Shown: positions 35,601-46,453 of the stretch, one piece after another
Numbering within the stretch: the first letter of the stretch is position 1
Layout of the letters: each line of letters starts with the position of its first letter
Translations under genes and position numbers: made by a program
Notes under the pieces: model-generated
Seen by the model: the letters and a program-made list of their open reading frames with translations, nothing else
Databases searched by the model: none
What the model was told of the DNA's origin: nothing
Source of the DNA: Nitrospirota bacterium
Lineage (GTDB): Bacteria > Nitrospirota > Thermodesulfovibrionia > Thermodesulfovibrionales > UBA9159
Assembly (NCBI GenBank): GCA_963699545.1
Contig: CAVOUE010000003.1
Coordinates: 768,001-832,000, forward strand
DNA: 64,000 nucleotides
Direction of reading: 5' to 3'

Positions 35601-35638
35601 GTTACAGGGTTATGAATACAAAGTTAAATTCTGGTGAA
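35601..35638 (-). promoter_or_regulatory. Four 11-bp-periodic direct repeats (PhoB/OmpR-type box)
   Basis: Plus-strand pentamers GTTAC 35601, ATGAA 35612, GTTAA 35623, GTGAA 35634. Confidence 0.55.
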
Positions 35639-35786
35639 AACTCCTTCTGCTCGTAGGCAAGTAATGAAAAAATACATGGCGCCGTGTAGAGAAGCATGAT
35701 ACGCTTAAAGAGAGAAAAGGGTGTGTCTATTTTTCCTGGAGAGTATCTTTCCTTGAATTGCGCCTATTAGAGAAAGGAGGAACAGA

Positions 35787-36077
35787 GTGGGGCTTATTGA
35801 TGATGTGTTCAAAGGAAATGTGGTAACGGGCCTTGCGATCGGCATAGGTGCTGCTGTCCTTGGTCCTGCGGTGCTTCCCGTTATTGCAAGTGTGGCCAAA
35901 CCGGTGGCAAAGGCTGCAATAAAAGGGGGGATCATCCTTTACGAAAAGGGCAAAGAGGCCTTCGCAGAAATGGGTGAAGTGGTTGAGGATCTTGTAGCAG
36001 AAGCAAAATCAGAGGTGTCTGAGGCACAAAAAACTGCAGCTGCGGCATCTGCGGCCCAGGGTGAACCGGGTGCATGA
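35787..36077 (+). CDS. DUF5132-type small membrane protein with GxxxG motif (FezA-like architecture)
   Basis: GLAIGIGAAVL.P...VAKPVAKAAIKGG..LYEKGKE..AE.GE..EDLVAEAKSE; AGGAGG RBS, GTG start. Confidence 0.8.
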   Translation: MGLIDDVFKGNVVTGLAIGIGAAVLGPAVLPVIASVAKPVAKAAIKGGIILYEKGKEAFAEMGEVVEDLVAEAKSEVSEAQKTAAAASAAQGEPGA

Positions 36078-36556
36078 TCCAGCCCGAGGCTCATATAAGT
36101 CATCATACCACTGGAAGAATGCGGATCAAGATACCCTCAAAAAAGGGGGACATCGCATATCTGGAGGCTTTGAAGGAACATTTTTCAGGGCTGGAAGGCA
36201 TCAGAGCCCTGGAGGTAAATCCGACGACGGGAAGTGTGCTCATTGTGCACAACCTCGACAGGCAGACCATTGAGCAGTATGCCACGGCAAAGAATCTCTT
36301 CAGCTTGACAGCAGCGAATCCCTCTCCTGCCGGCTTGCACCCGAAGGTGTCCGAGACTTTTCAGGATCTGAACGATCAAATGAAGGCATTCACGTCCGGG
36401 GAGATCAATGTTGGAGGAGCGGCATTCCTTGCCCTTCTTGGTGCGGGGATATACCAGATAGGCAGGGGGAATCTCACTGCCATTCCTTGGTATACCGCAT
36501 TCTGGTATGCTCTCAATATCTTTCTGAAATCCAAGAACGATTCAAAAATGGAATAA
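36074..36556 (+). CDS. HMA2-domain protein with C-terminal membrane segment (FezC-like architecture)
   Basis: HHTTGRMRIK, VNPTTGSVLI, no CxxC; C-terminal LALLGAGIYQ...IPWYTAFWYA; overlaps upstream stop. Confidence 0.78.
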   Translation: MIQPEAHISHHTTGRMRIKIPSKKGDIAYLEALKEHFSGLEGIRALEVNPTTGSVLIVHNLDRQTIEQYATAKNLFSLTAANPSPAGLHPKVSETFQDLNDQMKAFTSGEINVGGAAFLALLGAGIYQIGRGNLTAIPWYTAFWYALNIFLKSKNDSKME

Positions 36557-36570
36557 GCCAGTTGATATAT

Positions 36571-36608
36571 TTAACATAATTGTCAACCTAACTTCACTAA
36601 TCTGTAAC
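36571..36608 (+). promoter_or_regulatory. Four 11-bp-periodic direct repeats upstream of repeat protein-ATPase-metK operon
   Basis: TTAAC 36571, GTCAA 36582, TTCAC 36593, GTAAC 36604. Confidence 0.55.
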
Positions 36609-36746
36609 AGAGAGGCTGTAACATTATGATTGGTTTCAGGAGCATACCTCAGCATCTCTTATCACTATTCTTACGTGAAACAGGTATTGGTAAGGCATGT
36701 GAGAATTTTACAAACAAAATGCATTTAACCGGAAAGGAGGCATACT

Positions 36747-37418
36747 ATGCCAAGGGAAAATGTTGTAAAAAGTGCACCAGCAGGTAAAGAGGAAGTAACC
36801 AGCATGGGCAAAGCGGGTACATCAGTAAAAGAGGGTGTAGTGAGCAGTCTGAAGGGTATCAATGAGATCGAGGCTGAGATCGTCAGTCTGGTGAGGAACA
36901 CCGTTTCCAATACCCTGAGGGCCACCGGTAGCGTGGCCCATGAGGCGGTCACCATCACAAAGGATGTGGTAAAAGGGACGATCCAGGCTACAGAAGAAGT
37001 CGGCACAGGCCTTATCCTCAGCACAAAGAGTGTCGCCAAGGGAATCGTCATGGGTGTGAGTGATGTAGGCGGAGACGTCGTCACTGTTGCCAGCCAGACA
37101 GTAAAGGGTGCGGTGAAGGGCGCGGCAGAAGTGGGCGCGGATGTTGCCATGGTGGCAAGAAGGACGGTTGACGGAGTTATCGAGGCCACAAAAGAAATTG
37201 GCGGAAATGTGGAAGAAGTGGCAAAAGTGGCTGTGGGAGGAGCGATCGAAGCTGCAGGCACTATCGGAAATACTGCCGTGAAGGCCGTAAAAGATATGCT
37301 CGTCGGTGTTGTAGAGGGCGTAAAGGAAGTGGCAGGCTCAGCGCTGCCAAAGCCGCACCAGGTGCCTCCGCCCGCTCATAAGGAGACCGAGAGCCATGCA
37401 AAGGGAAGAAAGAGGTAG
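36747..37418 (+). CDS. Val/Gly/Ala-rich protein built of 22-residue amphipathic repeats
   Basis: VKGTIQATEEVG/AKGIVMGVSDVG/VKGAVKGAAEVG/VDGVIEATKEIG/VGGAIEAAGTIG at 22-aa spacing; AGGAGG RBS. Confidence 0.8.
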   Translation: MPRENVVKSAPAGKEEVTSMGKAGTSVKEGVVSSLKGINEIEAEIVSLVRNTVSNTLRATGSVAHEAVTITKDVVKGTIQATEEVGTGLILSTKSVAKGIVMGVSDVGGDVVTVASQTVKGAVKGAAEVGADVAMVARRTVDGVIEATKEIGGNVEEVAKVAVGGAIEAAGTIGNTAVKAVKDMLVGVVEGVKEVAGSALPKPHQVPPPAHKETESHAKGRKR

Positions 37419-37427
37419 TAAAGGGGC

Positions 37428-40400
37428 GTGGTCCAGCCGGTACATACGGCGGTAAAAGGGAGAACAAGATTTAGAGTAGATGGGCTTTATCGCTCTGAAG
37501 AACTCAAAAGAGAGATCGAATCAAGACTCTCTTCCTATAGGGAGATTCAGGGGTTCTCGGTAAATATCCTTACCGGTAAAGTCCTTGTATTTTATAACTC
37601 AGGTAACTCTCCCGAGTCGATTGCATCGCTCATTGCAGGCGTTGTAGGCGAGGCAGCGAAGGCGGGGAAACCGTCCCCACCGGTCCAGCGGACTGCAGTC
37701 CATGATCAGGGCGAGTGGCTTCCCGCAAGCACTATGCGGGCAGAATACCCTTACCCTGAAGCGGAGAGAAGCCAGCGTATACAGAGCAGAAGGACATTAA
37801 GAAGAAGCGTTGTCCTTTCCGAAGTGCAGACCGAGGAAGCCTGGCACCTCATGGACGCAACGGACGTGCTCGGAACTTTCGGCACGTCAAGAAATTCCGG
37901 ACTGTCCACCGATCTCGTCAGTGTAAATCTCAGGAAATTCGGACCCAATGTTCTTCCTGAAGCGGTCCCCCGTTCCGGGCTGAGTATGTTCTTCAATCAG
38001 TTCAAGTCCGTCCCTGTGGCACTTCTCGGTGTCGCAGCGGGTATTTCTGTTCTTACCGGCGGCCTTGCAGATGCCGTGGTGATCATGGGCGTGGTCTTCA
38101 TAAACGCAGCCATAGGGTACACAACCGAGAGCCAGACCGAAAAAACTATCCACGCCCTGAAGAACCTCGTCAGGCCCTCTGCCGTTGCGGTGCGTGACGG
38201 CAGTGTGAAAGAGATTGGGGCGGGAGAGATAGTGCCGGGAGACCTCCTGCTGCTTAGACCCGGCAGCTATGTTGCGGCGGATGCAAGACTCATCGAAACG
38301 AATCACCTGAGCATTGATGAGTCTGCCCTTACCGGTGAGAGCATGCCGGTGAACAAAGCTGTATCTCCTATCACGCAAAAGGATATCCCCCTCGCTGACA
38401 GGACAAACATGGTCTATATGGGCACCCTCGTTACCGGCGGACAGGGGCTTGCAGTCGTTGTGGCAACGGGGAGGTTCACCGAGATGGGCAAGATCCAGAC
38501 CCTTGTGGGTGAGGCAAGGCCTCCTGAAACACCCATGGAGCGCCAGTTGGACAGAATGGGCAGCCAGCTGGTATTTATCTGCGGAATAGTCTGCGGCATG
38601 GTCTTTGTCACCGGAATGCTCCGGGGATACGGTCTTTTGCAGATGCTTAAGGTTTCCATATCCCTTGCGGTGGCTGCGGTCCCGGAAGGTCTTCCCACGG
38701 TGGCAACCACTACCCTCGCCCTCGGCATCAGAAATATGCGGAAGCATAATGTCCTCATACGACATCTTAACGCGGTCGAGACCCTCGGCTCGGTCCAGAC
38801 CATATGCCTCGACAAGACAGGGACGATCACCTTTAACAGGATGTCCGTGGTCGCAGCATATGCCGGCATGAGAGGCTTCACCGTGTCTCATGGACAGTTT
38901 TTCCAATCCGGTGAACCTCTGAGCGTATATTTCCATGATGAACTCTTAAGACTCATTCACCTATCGGTCCTCTGTAATGAAAGTGAAGTGATCATGAGAG
39001 GACGGCAAATATGTCGTCAACGGCTCTCCGACCGAGAATGCCCTGATACACGTTGCATTAAGTTCAGGGGTTGACGTTCAGATGCTCAGGGAGAAGTTTC
39101 CTGTCCTGAAGATCTATCACCGTTCAGAGAAGCGAAATTACATGTATACGCTCCATGAAACCCGGAATAGTTCTGCACTCATTGCAGTAAAGGGAAGCCC
39201 CAATGAGGTGTTGTCGCTATGCATCTGGCAAATGAAGGATGGTCAGAAGATTCCCCTCACCGATGAAGACCGCCTCGCCCTGGAGACCGAAAATGAGCGC
39301 ATGGCGGGCGAGGCCCTCCGTGTTCTTGGGGTAGCGTATTCGTTTGCCGATGAGCCAGTCACTTCCGATCAAAGAGGACATAGATTCTGCGGACAATCTC
39401 ATTTGGGTCGGGTTTGTGGGCATGGCAGATCCGGTCAGGGATGGAGTGAGGGGATTAATAGGCGAATTTCACAAGGCCGGGATAGATACGGTCATGATTA
39501 CCGGTGACCAAAGCCCGACCGCTTATGCCATAGGAAAAGAATTGAACCTCAGTAATGGCGAACAGCTTGAGATCCTTGATTCCAGCCACCTGATCGATAT
39601 CGACCCTGAGGTGATGAAGGCGCTCTGCAAAAGGGTGCATGTCTTTGCCCGTGTCAGCCCTGCCCACAAACTCCGGATAGTCCAGGTGCTCCAGAGCGCG
39701 GGGAAGGTCGTTGCCATGACGGGCGACGGCATCAACGACGGGCCGGCCCTTAAAGCTGCGGACATCGGTATCGCCATGGGACATACAGGCACCGATGTCG
39801 CCCGTGAGGTGGCAGACGTCGTCATCGAGGACGATAACCTCGATACAATGGTCATTGCCATAAGTCAGGGAAGGACTATCTATAACAACATAAGGAAGTC
39901 CGTCCATTTTCTCTTGTCCACAAATCTCAGCGAGATCATGGTCATGTTCACTGCCATTGCAGGAGGTCTCGGCCAGCCTCTGAGTGCGATACAGTTGCTC
40001 TGGATCAACCTCATGTCCGATATAGCGCCGGGTCTGGCGCTTGCCCTCGAACCGCCGGAGCCTGATGTTCTGAGCCAGCCGCCGCGCGACCCTGACGAGC
40101 CCATTGTGAGGAAATCAGATTTCAAGAGAATCACCTTTGAATCAGCAATGATATCTGCCGGGACCTTAGGGGCTTACGGGTATGGCATTGCGAGATACGG
40201 CATGGGCCAAAAGGCAGGTAGTCTTGCGTTCCTGAGCCTTACCACAGGACAGCTCCTCCATGCGATCAGCTGCCGTTCAGAGAGGCACAGCATATTCGGC
40301 AGGGAGAAGTTGCCGCCGAACAAATATCTCAATATGGCCCTGGGGGGTTCCTTTGCCATCCAGCTCTTGGCTATGGTGATACCGGGGTTGAGAAATCTCC

Positions 40401-40513
40401 TGGGCATCGCTCCAATCAGTGTCCTTGATGGTGTTGTAATCGGAGGCAGCGCCGTTCTCCCCTTATTGGTGAATGAAGGAACGAAGAAACTCCCGAAAGA
40501 GGTAACCGCATGA
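37428..40513 (+). CDS. P2 (Ca2+/Mn2+-type) P-type ATPase with N-terminal HMA2 domain; two frameshifts (~39000, ~39360)
   Basis: HTAVKGRTRFR...NILTGKVLV; DESALTGES, AVPEGLP, DKTGT, MITGD, TGDGINDGPAL, STNLSE, QLLWINLMSD. Confidence 0.9.
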
Positions 40514-41709
40514 AAAAAGACTTCATCTTTACATCAGAATCCGTAACAGAAGGCCATCCTGACAAGCTCTGCGACCAGATAAGCGACGCCATAGTTGACC
40601 ATTTCCTTCAGCAGGACCCCTATTCAAGGGTCATTGCCGAGTGCGCAGTATCGACTGCGATCATGTTCATCGCCGCGAGGTTCGAATCTAATGCGAGCGT
40701 GGATTTCCCGAATATAGCGAGGCAGGTCGTAAACCAGATCGGTTATGACCAGGATGCCTTTAATGCAAAGACGTGCAGCATCGTGACAAGTCTCAAGGAA
40801 TTGCCCCATGATGAGCATTGCTGCTTTGATGAAAGAAAACTGTCAGATGCGGAGATCGATGCAATTCCCGCGCGCAACCAGGTTACCGTCTTCGGTTTTG
40901 CCTGCAACCAGACATCTGCCCTTATCCCCCTTCCCATCTGGCTGGCCCACAGACTGGCAAGGAAACTCACCTCCGTCAGACTCCAGAAGATACTCTCCTA
41001 TCTTGCGCCTGATGGGAAAACGCAGGTGGGGATCGAGTACAGGAACGGAAAGCCTCACAGGATCCACAGCATCACGGTTATCGCCAGTCAGGACAGGCCT
41101 TCAGCGGCAGGAGGCCCTGATATGAAGAGGCTCGAAGACGATATCAGGCAGGTTGTTATAGATTCTGTATTCCCTGATGAGGATATAAAACCTGACAGAA
41201 ACACAAAGATATTTATCAATCCTGATGGCCCGTTTATCATCGGAGGTCCCTCAGTCCATTCCGGGCTGACGGGAAGGAAAAATGCAATTGATACGTACGG
41301 AGAATACTCCCGACAGAGCGGAGCTGCCCTCAGCGGTAAAGACCCTATGCGTATAGACAGGATAGGCGCCTATGCGGCCCGTTACGCAGCAAAGAATGTC
41401 GTTGCTGCAGGACTCGCGGATGAGTGCGAAATACAGCTCAGCTACTCCATCGGTCTTGCGAGGCCTGTGAGCATTCAGGTAGAGACCTTCGGCACGGGAA
41501 AGATCCCTGATGAGAAAATCTCAGCGCTCGTTGAGAGACATTTTGATTTCCGTCTGGCAGGGATCATACGACAGTTTAATCTGAGATACCTCCCATCGAT
41601 TTTGAAGGGTGGCTTTTACAGAAAACTTGCGGCTTACGGACATGTGGGGAGAATGGATATAGGACTTCCCTGGGAGCTGATAGACAAAATGAGCGAGATG
41701 AGAGGGTAA
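40510..41709 (+). CDS. metK: S-adenosylmethionine synthetase homolog with divergent methionine site
   Basis: FTSESVTEGHPDKLCDQISD, DGKTQV, GLTGRK, SGKDP, AAYGH; ATGA overlap with ATPase stop. Confidence 0.88.
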   Translation: MKKDFIFTSESVTEGHPDKLCDQISDAIVDHFLQQDPYSRVIAECAVSTAIMFIAARFESNASVDFPNIARQVVNQIGYDQDAFNAKTCSIVTSLKELPHDEHCCFDERKLSDAEIDAIPARNQVTVFGFACNQTSALIPLPIWLAHRLARKLTSVRLQKILSYLAPDGKTQVGIEYRNGKPHRIHSITVIASQDRPSAAGGPDMKRLEDDIRQVVIDSVFPDEDIKPDRNTKIFINPDGPFIIGGPSVHSGLTGRKNAIDTYGEYSRQSGAALSGKDPMRIDRIGAYAARYAAKNVVAAGLADECEIQLSYSIGLARPVSIQVETFGTGKIPDEKISALVERHFDFRLAGIIRQFNLRYLPSILKGGFYRKLAAYGHVGRMDIGLPWELIDKMSEMRG

Positions 41710-41789
41710 GGGGAGCATGGAACGTACGCGGTGTGATAGCAACATCGAGGCATTAAAGGCGGACTTCAGGAAATGAGAGGAGGATCAGT

Positions 41790-41987
41790 ATGATATCAAC
41801 GCAAGATCTGCTCGTCGTCCTGGTAATCGTCCTTGTTTTGTTCGGTAAGACGAGGCTGCGCGAACTCGCTAAAGGGTTGAAAGAAGGGGTCAAGAATTAC
41901 AAGAAGAGCCTGTCCGAGCCGGACGAAATAGACGTTACGCCCAAAAAAAATAAGAATAACAAAGAAGGCCGGAGTTGTAGAAAATGA
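41790..41987 (+). CDS. tatA: Twin-arginine translocase TatA/E subunit
   Basis: TM helix + LFG hinge + amphipathic RLRELAKGLKEGVKNYKK. Confidence 0.8.
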   Translation: MISTQDLLVVLVIVLVLFGKTRLRELAKGLKEGVKNYKKSLSEPDEIDVTPKKNKNNKEGRSCRK

Positions 41988-42126
41988 TAGGCAACCAACA
42001 CATAGAACAGCAGCCGTAAGACACAAAAAGCAAGCCGCGGCCTTGAGCCAGTGTAGCCTATAAGTTGTCTCTCACGCTTTATTCTTCCCTCTGACGTTAC
42101 CGATCCGCTCCTTTCTTTCTTCATTA

Positions 42127-42175
42127 CTCACCTCTGATTCATCAACATGTAACACGCCTTTCATCATCGCTTAAC
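42127..42175 (+). promoter_or_regulatory. Five 11-bp-periodic direct repeats (Pho-box-like) upstream of the phosphoesterase
   Basis: CTCAC 42127, TTCAT 42138, GTAAC 42149, TTCAT 42160, TTAAC 42171. Confidence 0.65.
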
Positions 42176-42449
42176 CATGCTCAGGTATTCTCAAACAGAA
42201 CACAATGACGCATTCTCCACGCAACGGAACTAAAAGCTAGTTTTCCTGAAGGAGAGAGGCAGTCAAATGAGAACGATTCTGCAGGGTCGATTGTCTGAAC
42301 CGTGGGAAACAAAAGGAGGTGAAGAGGAAGAATTGTAAGGAAAGCAGCGTAACACGCTGACAAGAAGATAATGCATCACGCAGGACAAAACACTTCGTAA
42401 TGGAAAGCCGCATTAAGCGGCCGCACTAAATCTCTCAGGAGGATAAAGT

Positions 42450-44257
42450 ATGTCAACGAAAAGGTATACCCAGAGGTTTCTCTCTCTCCTCGTGATCCTG
42501 TCACTGGCGATGTTTATCGCAGTCACATCGGCATTCGCGGAACCCTGGAAGTTCGGCGTAATGTCCGACACTCAGTGGAAGACCTCCCCAGATGCGAAGA
42601 ATCCAAACACTGTGGCGGTCGGACCGATCATTCACCTCAACCAGGAATTCAAGAACCACGGTGTCAAGTTCGTTATCCAGACCGGGGACTTGACGGAAAA
42701 CGGCAACAACCTTGAGATGGATACAACTGCAACCTTCAGGCAGGCCCTTTATAACGCCGGTATCGGCTTCTACCCGCTCCGTGGCAACCACGATACATTT
42801 GCTGCGGTCGCCACGAGTTCCAGGCGTCTTCCCGCAGACCCAGACCGGGTAAACAACCAGACTCCTACCGACGCGCTGGTCACCACCCCCTATTACGGCA
42901 ACCCCATCGACCCGGCGAACCCATATAACCTGTTCAACACGAACACCACCTTCACTGTCGGGTCCAATTTCAGCAGCCCGACGGACATTGACCCTAACTA
43001 TGCCGGGTCTGACTTACTCGTTCGATTACGACAATGCCCGTTTCGTGATGCTGGACGGTTTTACGATACCGAACATTGCCTGTAATCTGATTGAGAACCA
43101 GCAGCCCTGGATATCGAGCACGCTTTCGACCAGGCCGGCAGAGACTCCCATGCCTTTGTATTTTCCCACAAAGGCCTGATCACTGAAAACCATACGGATA
43201 TCCTCTTTACGCTCCGGGCAAGTGCAACGGCAGCAGCACCAGCAGCAATCCTTCCGTCAAACCTGCTGAGCAGAATGCGTTTATGAGCAGCCTGTTCAAC
43301 AACGGCGTCCGGTATCTCATGAACGGCCACGACCACATGCACAACCGGGCTATTGTCGACGAGCCCGGACGCCCTCTCGACAGGTACAGAACATCACCAC
43401 CTCCTCCAACAGCTACAAGTTCTATATTCCGCTTGATCCCGTCGAACGACGAAACGTTCAAAGCTGACCTACGGCATCACGCAACGCTTTCCCCGGGAGA
43501 CCGGAGATCGCTCAGGAGCTCTTCACCGTCGGCTACTACATCGTCACGGTGGACGGACCGCGGGTGACCGTGGACCACTACTCTTCGCCGAACGGTTGCA
43601 ATGGCGACTGCGACCAGACCAACGATCGTAATTCCTACACCTTCACCAAGCGCGAGACCTTCGGCTACAGCCTCAACGGCCAGGAATTCCTTGGTTGGCA
43701 GGGCGAGTCCTACACGGCTGTTCAGGACAGCTTCGAGGGCACGACTGCGAAGATCCTTGGCTGGCGTCAACGGCAGCACGGCAACGGTCTATGACGGCCG
43801 CGCAATGACCAAGGCCGTCAATACCGGGTGGACCTCGGGTCAGAAGCTGATGACATGGACTACAGTGCCAGCCACAGGTGGCCGTGGTTCTCTAAGAAGC
43901 GCTACCAGAGGAAGGATGACGAAATGCCTGCCAGCGATATCCTCACCCTCTGGGGCATGGCCGACCTCGGGAGCGACCAGACCGACGTGTACACGCTCTC
44001 GATGAGCTATGACCACCACAAATTGCTCCCCATTCAACTCGGGAAAGGGCCTGTTGGGCCTTGCAACGAGGGATGAGAACGGCGACTGGGTCAACGCCGT
44101 GGATATGAACTTCGGCGGCACCAAGAAATTCGTCCTCGGCCCCTGGAAGCCCGGCTACGAGCTCGGCACATACGGTATCGACCTGAAAACACACACCGCC
44201 TGGGCGGTCATTAACTACAATGGCGATTTCGCCGTCGCCGGGTTCAGACATTTTTGA
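42450..44257 (+). CDS. Secreted calcineurin-like metallophosphoesterase, many frameshifts
   Basis: Signal peptide; SDTQ, TGDL, RGNHD, FSHK, NGHDH motifs across shifted frames. Confidence 0.82.
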
Positions 44258-44327
44258 TGAAGATAGGTGACAGGAAGAAGTAGGAAGCTGACCCTGAAAG
44301 ATAAGGGTGCGATTCATCCGCAGGAAG

Positions 44328-44361
44328 GGAGCCCGTGAAAGTTCTCACGGGCTCCGTTTTT
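44328..44361 (+). terminator. Rho-independent terminator
   Basis: GGAGCCCGTGA-aagttc-TCACGGGCTCC followed by T-tract. Confidence 0.8.
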
Positions 44362-44391
44362 ATGGCCTGTTCAGGTGGATTTCACCATCCC

Positions 44392-44782
44392 TCATTCATT
44401 CTTTGCAGCTGATGTGGTTCTCCCTGCAGGCTTCCTCGCAGGCTTCTTCCTGAGAGGTGCCTTTCTTTGTCTCTTTTTCGGCTTTCCCTCAAGTTTCATA
44501 ATTTCATCCTGCAGTTTTCCGATTCTGGCTTTAATGGCTTTGACCTTGCTGTCGGACATCGGATTCTTCACCTTTGAACTCAAATCATACACTCTTCCAC
44601 CAAGCTCCGCTATCTCCTTCTGCACTTTTGTCTGCAAGTCAAAAAGCTTATAACGTCTTTTCCCTTCCTCAGTGAGTTCTTCTGCTTTTTTCTGCACAAC
44701 CGCGGCACCTTCTTTGACAAAGAGTGATGCTTTCCTCGACACCTGTTTGCAAATCCTTCTTGATCTTTTCCCAGAAGTTCAT
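44392..44782 (-). CDS. Coiled-coil protein with Lys/Arg/Pro/Ala-rich tail (frameshift near 44720)
   Basis: GGAGG RBS, MNFWEKIKKDLQTG...KKAEELTEEGKRRY...ELGGRVY...KPKKRQRKAPLRKKPARKP. Confidence 0.65.
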
Positions 44783-44805
44783 AGTCCTTCCTCCTCTCAT
44801 TGACT

Positions 44806-45144
44806 CTATTCTTCTAACCCTCCCCCTCCCAATGCCGTTACAACCTTTTCAGCCACTTCAAGGGCCTTTTCAGTGGCTTTCTCTATATACTGATCGCACG
44901 TTTCTGCCTTTGCAAGACAAAAATAACCATACTTCTCCAGAATACCGATGACCTGTTCACAGTTGATCTTCTTTTCATCAAAGTGTAGTACTGCACTTCC
45001 GGTGACCGTATGGGTCTCCACAGCGGTTATTCCCTCAATTCCTTTTATAAACGTTTGAAACTGCTCAGCCTTTTCCGGGTTTTCCCGAATCACCGGGGTT
45101 TCGATCCTTATCCTGCCGGGCACATAATGAATATAATATTCCAT
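44806..45144 (-). CDS. HMA2-domain protein
   Basis: MEYYIHYVPGRIRI, HTVTGSAVL.FD, GYF. Confidence 0.8.
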   Translation of the reverse strand: MEYYIHYVPGRIRIETPVIRENPEKAEQFQTFIKGIEGITAVETHTVTGSAVLHFDEKKINCEQVIGILEKYGYFCLAKAETCDQYIEKATEKALEVAEKVVTALGGGGLEE

Positions 45145-45491
45145 TTCCCGTCCTCCCGTCTCGGACAGCATAGAACAGCTGTCAACTTCTTCTATTTTAG
45201 CAGCCACACCCTTTATTCTCAATATACTTTATGTCCTAAGGCATTATGAGAATCCATTTTCAACCCGCAGTCTGCAACGTTATGGCTTTGGATAGTATAG
45301 CAACAAGACATATCTTGTCGTCCTTTATGGAGGAGTATTCAGCTAGGGCTTGTTTGATTTGCGTTTGGAAATCAGACCACCAGAGACTTTAGTGATGTGA
45401 ATTATGTTTTATTGTCATTCAGGAAATAAATAAGGAAGGAATATGAGCAGGCAGTCTGGGCGAGCCCTTGCAGGGAACGGGATGAAAAAAT

Positions 45492-45864
45492 CTATATCAG
45501 GAGAGTGATAAGAGACAATGCAGATCCTTCCAGTGCCGTTTCTAGAAAGGTACCGAAGATGGCTCTCCCCACCACATCTCCTGCTTTGGAAGCGGCTCTG
45601 TGGATGTACTGGTCGTTTGTCAAGGCCTTTGATGTGTCAAAATAGCCTTTTCTCTGAAGGAGACTCACGATGTCATCGTGATGTATGGTCTTGGGGTTAT
45701 AATTCACAAGAATGCTTCCGGTAGTCAGGTTAATATCTACCGTTGCTATCCCCTGCATGGTGCTCAAGCTCTTCCTGATATCATCAGCGATATCCTGATT
45801 CCTCTCTGACCAAAGGGCTTTTCACCCTCAGCCTTCCGGGAACGTTATGGATGTAATAGCTCAT
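45492..45864 (-). CDS. HMA2-domain protein (frameshift near 45805)
   Basis: MSYYIHNVPGRLRVKSPL then INLTTGSILVNY...KGYFD...TNDQYI; paralog of 44806-45144. Confidence 0.78.
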
Positions 45865-46159
45865 CTTTTTCCTCCTTTATCCTGAATTTCCTGTACTCTC
45901 TGCATTCCGGATATCCTGAGCATCTGAACCGTATAACCTCTCCCTCAATCTTGTAGACATTCATGCTCTTTCCGCAGGCGGGACAGACCGGTTTGCCCTT
46001 TACCGATAACTTCTTGGCATTCTTGGTAAACTGCATGCCGCACATCATGCAAAGGAATCTCTCTTTTCCGGTCCAGGCCTTTCCGTATTTATATACTGCA
46101 TCCGAAGCGCAATCCGGGCATTTGGCATTGAGTTTCTCGATTACGGCTTGTGCTTCCAT
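45845..46159 (-). CDS. Double zinc-ribbon protein (InsA-like ribbon + topoisomerase-type C4 ribbon)
   Basis: CPDC..YKYGK...RFLCMMC and CPACGKSM...CSGYPEC. Confidence 0.75.
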   Translation of the reverse strand: MEAQAVIEKLNAKCPDCASDAVYKYGKAWTGKERFLCMMCGMQFTKNAKKLSVKGKPVCPACGKSMNVYKIEGEVIRFRCSGYPECREYRKFRIKEEKDELLHP

Positions 46160-46181
46160 ATTTATATTTAATCAAATGATT

Positions 46182-46219
46182 TTTACAGCATTATTAAGGG
46201 ATTGTTACATTTTCGTTAC
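46182..46219 (-). promoter_or_regulatory. Four 11-bp-periodic direct repeats upstream of zinc-ribbon/HMA2 genes
   Basis: Plus-strand TTTAC 46182, ATTAA 46193, GTTAC 46204, GTTAC 46215. Confidence 0.5.
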
Positions 46220-46409
46220 ATTTCAGTGTTTCAGCAGCGGTCTCCCGCAATAGGGAGATATAGATTGCGCATACTTCATAGTGTCTCCCCATGCAGAGCC
46301 GAATGTCAGCCCCTTGTATAGACCTGACCAACTTGTTCAGCACGTTGCATTTTGCCCCATTCGAGCTTCCCTCAAGGTACTGACAAAGCATTCCTCTTGA
46401 CTGGTACAT
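46194..46409 (-). CDS. Small Cys4 protein (C-x11-C-x17-C-x7-C), paralog 2
   Basis: LCQYL...C...LC....YEVCAIY; AGGAGG RBS. Confidence 0.65.
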   Translation of the reverse strand: MYQSRGMLCQYLEGSSNGAKCNVLNKLVRSIQGADIRLCMGRHYEVCAIYISLLRETAAETLKCNENVTIP

Positions 46410-46453
46410 TACTTCCTCCTTTTCTTTCTCTTTACAACTATACAATCTTATCT

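Noticed and set aside
42200-42440. Riboswitch in the long leader of the phosphoesterase
   Set aside because: Only a short GCCGC/GCGGC hairpin; no recognisable aptamer consensus
45845-46159. IS1 transposase (InsA-like zinc ribbon)
   Set aside because: No InsB/DDE domain or IS1 inverted repeats; it has a second, topoisomerase-type ribbon and is coupled to an HMA2 gene
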